NCBI GenBank assembly: GCA_965279515.1
Contig: CBDIID010000003.1
Location: forward strand, 4,192,001-4,256,000
Length of the DNA: 64,000 bases
Source of the DNA: Turneriella sp.
GTDB lineage: Bacteria > Spirochaetota > Leptospiria > Turneriellales > Turneriellaceae
Direction: 5' to 3'
The notes beneath the pieces are model-generated. The model worked only from the letters and a program-made list of their open reading frames with translations, did not search any database and was not told the DNA's origin. Shown here piece after piece: positions 60,596-64,000 of the stretch. Numbering within the stretch: position 1 is the first letter of the stretch; each line of letters starts with the position of its first letter. The position numbers and the translations under genes were made by a program.

Positions 60596-61092
60596 AAGTT
60601 CTCTACCGCGACAAAGAAATCGCTTTTACCCTGGTGAAAACGCGTTTTGGCGATAAGCCGCTATTGCAGTATCCGCCTGCCGCCGGTATTCTCGCCGTCG
60701 AACAGGTGAAATCGAAAAAAAAGTTCCTCTGGCTGGTCGAACAGTACCGGCTCGGTTCGGGCGCAAAATCGTGGGAGATTCCCGCAGGCAAAAAGAAACC
60801 CAACGAGACTATTCTGCAGTGTGCCAAGCGTGAGCTTGCCGAAGAGGCGGGTTTTGCCGCGCGCCGCTGGAAGAAATGCCTGCAGTACCATCCCGCCATC
60901 AGTTTTTCAACCGAAGTTTTGCACCTTTTTTCGGCGCGCGGGTTATCTGAGGCGATCGCCGAGCACGACGACGACGAAGTGTTTTCGAATAAAAAGGCAT
61001 TTAGCCAGACCGAGATGCTGCGGATGATGAAAAGCGGCAAGATCAGCGATTCGAAGACGTTGCTTGCGCTCTGGTTGTTCGATAAACTTTAG
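60592..61092 (+). CDS. NUDIX hydrolase (ADP-ribose pyrophosphatase-like)
   Basis: QYR, WEIPAG...CAKRELAEEAG Nudix box and ISDSKT. Confidence 0.9.
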   Translation: MKVLYRDKEIAFTLVKTRFGDKPLLQYPPAAGILAVEQVKSKKKFLWLVEQYRLGSGAKSWEIPAGKKKPNETILQCAKRELAEEAGFAARRWKKCLQYHPAISFSTEVLHLFSARGLSEAIAEHDDDEVFSNKKAFSQTEMLRMMKSGKISDSKTLLALWLFDKL

Positions 61093-61141
61093 TTGAAACT
61101 CTTTCTCTTGCCGTCGGGGCCGCGATCTTTCACAAGGTTGT

Positions 61142-62137
61142 ATGCGTATATCTGTTATCGGTGCGGGCTCGTTCGGCACCGCGCTTGCAAAACTGACGGC
61201 CGAGAACGGCCACGACGTACTGATCTGGAGCCATAGCGCTGATACCGCCGAAGCAATCCGCGCGAATAAAGAAAATTCGATTTATCTGAAAGGCATTACT
61301 TTGCCTGATTCGATCAGGGTCACGACAGATTTTGCAGAGGCAGCGCAGCATGCCGAACTTGTCGTCAGCGCAACGCCGACGCAGGCGATCCGCGAAGTTT
61401 ACTCAAAAGATGGCCGGGCGGCGAAACTGAACGTACCGATTGTCGTCGCCTCCAAGGGCATTGAAAAGAAATCGCATATGCTCGTCTGCGATATCTTCAA
61501 GGATATTTTCGGCGATGCAAAGAAGGGAAACCTGTTCTTTCTCTCTGGGCCGTCGTTCGCGCGCGAGATGGCGCTGAAAATGCCGACGGCGATCACGATA
61601 GCCGGCTACGATAGCACGCGCTTGCCTGATATACAGAAGGTATTTCACAATGAATATTTTCGCGCCTATGCGACGCCCGACGTGATCGGCGTCGAGCTCG
61701 GCGGCGCGCTGAAAAACGTCATGGCGATTGCCACGGGCATCGCCGACGGCCTCAAGTTTGGCAGCAATACGCGCTCGGCGATTATCACGCGCGGCCTCGC
61801 GGAGATAGCCCGGCTGGGTGAAAAGCTCGGCGCGAAACCCATCACTTTCATGGGTCTTGCCGGTATGGGTGACCTCGTGCTCACATGCACCGGCGATCTC
61901 TCGCGTAACCGTACTGTTGGCCTCAAGCTCGGGCAGGGCATGACGCTCGCTGCGGTGCAGAGCGAGATGCGTATGGTTGCCGAGGGTGTGCCGACGACCG
62001 AAAGCGCGCATGAACTCGCGCAGAATCTGGGTGTCGAGATGCCGATCACCGATGCAGTCTTTAAGGTGCTTTATGAAAACAAACCTGCACTCGAGGCCAT
62101 CAAAGAACTCATGGGCAGGTCTATTAAATTTGAGTAA
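61142..62137 (+). CDS. gpsA: NAD(P)H-dependent glycerol-3-phosphate dehydrogenase
   Basis: IGAGSFGTALA, SKGIE, LSGPSFA, GGALKNV, GLAGMGDLVLTC and SRN. Confidence 0.97.
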   Translation: MRISVIGAGSFGTALAKLTAENGHDVLIWSHSADTAEAIRANKENSIYLKGITLPDSIRVTTDFAEAAQHAELVVSATPTQAIREVYSKDGRAAKLNVPIVVASKGIEKKSHMLVCDIFKDIFGDAKKGNLFFLSGPSFAREMALKMPTAITIAGYDSTRLPDIQKVFHNEYFRAYATPDVIGVELGGALKNVMAIATGIADGLKFGSNTRSAIITRGLAEIARLGEKLGAKPITFMGLAGMGDLVLTCTGDLSRNRTVGLKLGQGMTLAAVQSEMRMVAEGVPTTESAHELAQNLGVEMPITDAVFKVLYENKPALEAIKELMGRSIKFE

Positions 62138-62173
62138 TTTGTAATCAGGTAGGATTTCCGTCGACTAACAAGC

Positions 62174-62674
62174 ATGAAAAATACGAACGTATGGCTCACT
62201 GCCGTTGCAGCAGTTTTTTTACTCAGCTGCGGCCGTGGCCCCGAAGCCGCGCCACCTAAGGTAAAAGGAGGATTTCCTATGTCACAAAAAATCCAAAAAT
62301 CCGATGCCGAATGGCAGAAAACTTTGACGCCCGAACAGTTCTATATTCTGCGCAAGCAGGGCACCGAGCGCCCCTTTACCGGCAAATACCACGACCACCA
62401 TGAGAAGGGTATCTACCTCTGTGCCGCGTGCAAAACCCCGCTTTTCGATTCGCAGACCAAATTCGAGTCCGGTACGGGATGGCCGAGTTTTTACCAATCC
62501 GTGAAAACGGAAAATGTCGAAGAGTTGAGCGACACCAGCCATGGCATGGTGCGCGTCGAAGTGCGCTGCGGCAAATGCGGCGGCCATTTGGGGCATGTCT
62601 TTGACGACGGCCCGAAGCCGACGGGCCAGCGCTACTGCATCAATTCAGCGTCGCTGGATTTTCAAAAGAAGTAA
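62174..62674 (+). CDS. msrB: Peptide-methionine (R)-S-oxide reductase with an N-terminal lipoprotein signal
   Basis: [24 protein letters not shown] and RYCINS; FLLSC lipobox; second in-frame ATG at 62279 with SD AAGGAGG. Confidence 0.96.
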   Translation: MKNTNVWLTAVAAVFLLSCGRGPEAAPPKVKGGFPMSQKIQKSDAEWQKTLTPEQFYILRKQGTERPFTGKYHDHHEKGIYLCAACKTPLFDSQTKFESGTGWPSFYQSVKTENVEELSDTSHGMVRVEVRCGKCGGHLGHVFDDGPKPTGQRYCINSASLDFQKK

Positions 62675-63946
62675 CTAATCTTTCAGCGCGGATTTCAGTT
62701 CGCGCATCGAATATTCTTTGCTGTAAAAACCCGTCAGCGTATGGATCAGTTCGCCGTCGGGTTTGGTCAGCACAACCGTCGGCAAACCGCGGATGTTGTA
62801 GCTCTGCGCGAGGCGGTCGAGCTCGTCGGTCGGGCTGGAATAATCGATGCGTACGGGTAAGATTTTATTTTCAAGGGCAAAATTGATGAACTCATCCTTG
62901 ACAAAGAGCTTTTTTTCCATCTCTTCGCAGGCGGTGCACCAGTCGGCCCAAAAATCAATGAAAAGAATCTTGCCTTCTTTAGCTGCGACAGCTTTGGCTT
63001 CAGCGAGGTCTTTATACCATTTGAGTTTGCCTTGCGGCAGCGACATGGTGATTTTTTTGCCCGCGTCGCTGACAGCGCCGTTATTGTTTTTCACCTCGAC
63101 GCCCCAGTATTTTACGAAGGGCGAGGTGAAGAGAAAGAGTCCCAAACCGGAGATCATGAGCATTCCCGCGGTGTTGATTTTGAGTCGTGTCGGCATCGGA
63201 TGCTCCCTTTTCATGGGTTCTGAAAGAATAAAAAATGTCACGCACATGGCGAAGCCAATGACTGCGAACGGAAACGCCTGCGCTACCGGGGGGAAATCCC
63301 CCGCAAGATCTTCGAGATAATGAAAGCCGGCGGCGATCAGCGTCACGGCGCCTGCATATTCAACCGCATGCAACCAGACGCCGGGTTTCGGCAGGCGGAT
63401 CGAAAAAAGACCGATAAGCAGAAACGGCACACCCATGCCGAAGGCAAAGGCGAACGCCGCGAGCGACGGCAAAATGACCGATTGCTGCTCGCCCGCGTTT
63501 TTGCCGATCTGCACGAGCAGGTTGCCGAAGAACGGCGCTGTGCACGGCGCGGCGATGAAGGCTGAAAAGATACCGAGAATCAGCGGGTATGCCAGGCCAT
63601 CTTTCTTACCCACCTGCAGCCGGTTGGCAAAATTAGGTAGTGGCAGGGGCAAAAGATGCGCATAGGCGAGGCCGAGATAGATAAGGATTAAACTGATGGT
63701 CGTGATGACATAGGGGTTGCCGAAATATTTGCCGAACACGGCGCCTGTGAGCGCGGCGATGACACCCAGTGAACCATAGGTCAGCGACATGCCGAGCGTA
63801 TAGATGCCCGCGGCTTTAAAACCCTGCAGCCAGCTTTTACGCTCGCCGCCGACAAAGATGGCGGTGGTGATCGGTATCAGCGGATAGACGCAGGCGGAAA
63901 AGGAGGAGATGAGGCCCCAGCTGAATGCCGCAAAGAGCATGGACAT
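62675..63946 (-). CDS. DsbD/CcdA-family thiol:disulfide interchange protein with a C-terminal thioredoxin domain
   Basis: ACVYPLIP and APCTAP membrane Cys motifs; DFWADWCTAC. Confidence 0.92.
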   Translation of the reverse strand: MSMLFAAFSWGLISSFSACVYPLIPITTAIFVGGERKSWLQGFKAAGIYTLGMSLTYGSLGVIAALTGAVFGKYFGNPYVITTISLILIYLGLAYAHLLPLPLPNFANRLQVGKKDGLAYPLILGIFSAFIAAPCTAPFFGNLLVQIGKNAGEQQSVILPSLAAFAFAFGMGVPFLLIGLFSIRLPKPGVWLHAVEYAGAVTLIAAGFHYLEDLAGDFPPVAQAFPFAVIGFAMCVTFFILSEPMKREHPMPTRLKINTAGMLMISGLGLFLFTSPFVKYWGVEVKNNNGAVSDAGKKITMSLPQGKLKWYKDLAEAKAVAAKEGKILFIDFWADWCTACEEMEKKLFVKDEFINFALENKILPVRIDYSSPTDELDRLAQSYNIRGLPTVVLTKPDGELIHTLTGFYSKEYSMRELKSALKD

Positions 63947-64000
63947 GCGGGTAATATATCAAATGTCAAACGCCGCGGCGAGAAGTAAGCCGCCGGATAG

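Overview
A 64 kb bacterial chromosome segment. The 16S/23S sequence and the gene repertoire (several HAMP-adenylate cyclases, SpoIIE/PP2C sensors, a DUF1566 lipoprotein, beta-oxidation enzymes) point to a Leptospiraceae spirochete, probably Turneriella-like; this is by-eye recognition, not a database result. It holds about 50 protein genes (tig, hemB, prmA, fabG, acpP, nth, queF, gpsA, msrB, a DsbD-family gene, thiolase, acyl-CoA dehydrogenase and others), one linked rrn operon (16S-tRNA-Ile-tRNA-Ala-23S-5S), a mazEF-type toxin-antitoxin pair, three pseudogene fragments and several AT-richer accessory patches. Main observations: (1) a hydC-hydB-hydA [FeFe]-hydrogenase operon in a family regarded as aerobic, whose HydB lacks the C-terminal ferredoxin domain and has Cys-depleted N-terminal domains, plus a coupled fourth gene; (2) a roughly 145 nt structured insertion in 23S helix 79; (3) an interrupted second copy of tRNA-Ile in the 16S-23S spacer with an intact anticodon arm; (4) a TTGACA-like hexamer 33-35 nt upstream of many start codons that mostly lack a Shine-Dalgarno, suggesting widespread leaderless mRNAs with a degenerate -10; (5) a shared 25 bp palindrome upstream of two beta-oxidation genes; (6) a GTTC-N7-GTTC SOS-like box in the promoter of a repair-type radical SAM gene; (7) msrB with two possible starts (lipoprotein and cytoplasmic). 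No CRISPR array, transposase, integrase or reverse transcriptase was seen. Several starts were adjusted from the ORF track by eye.
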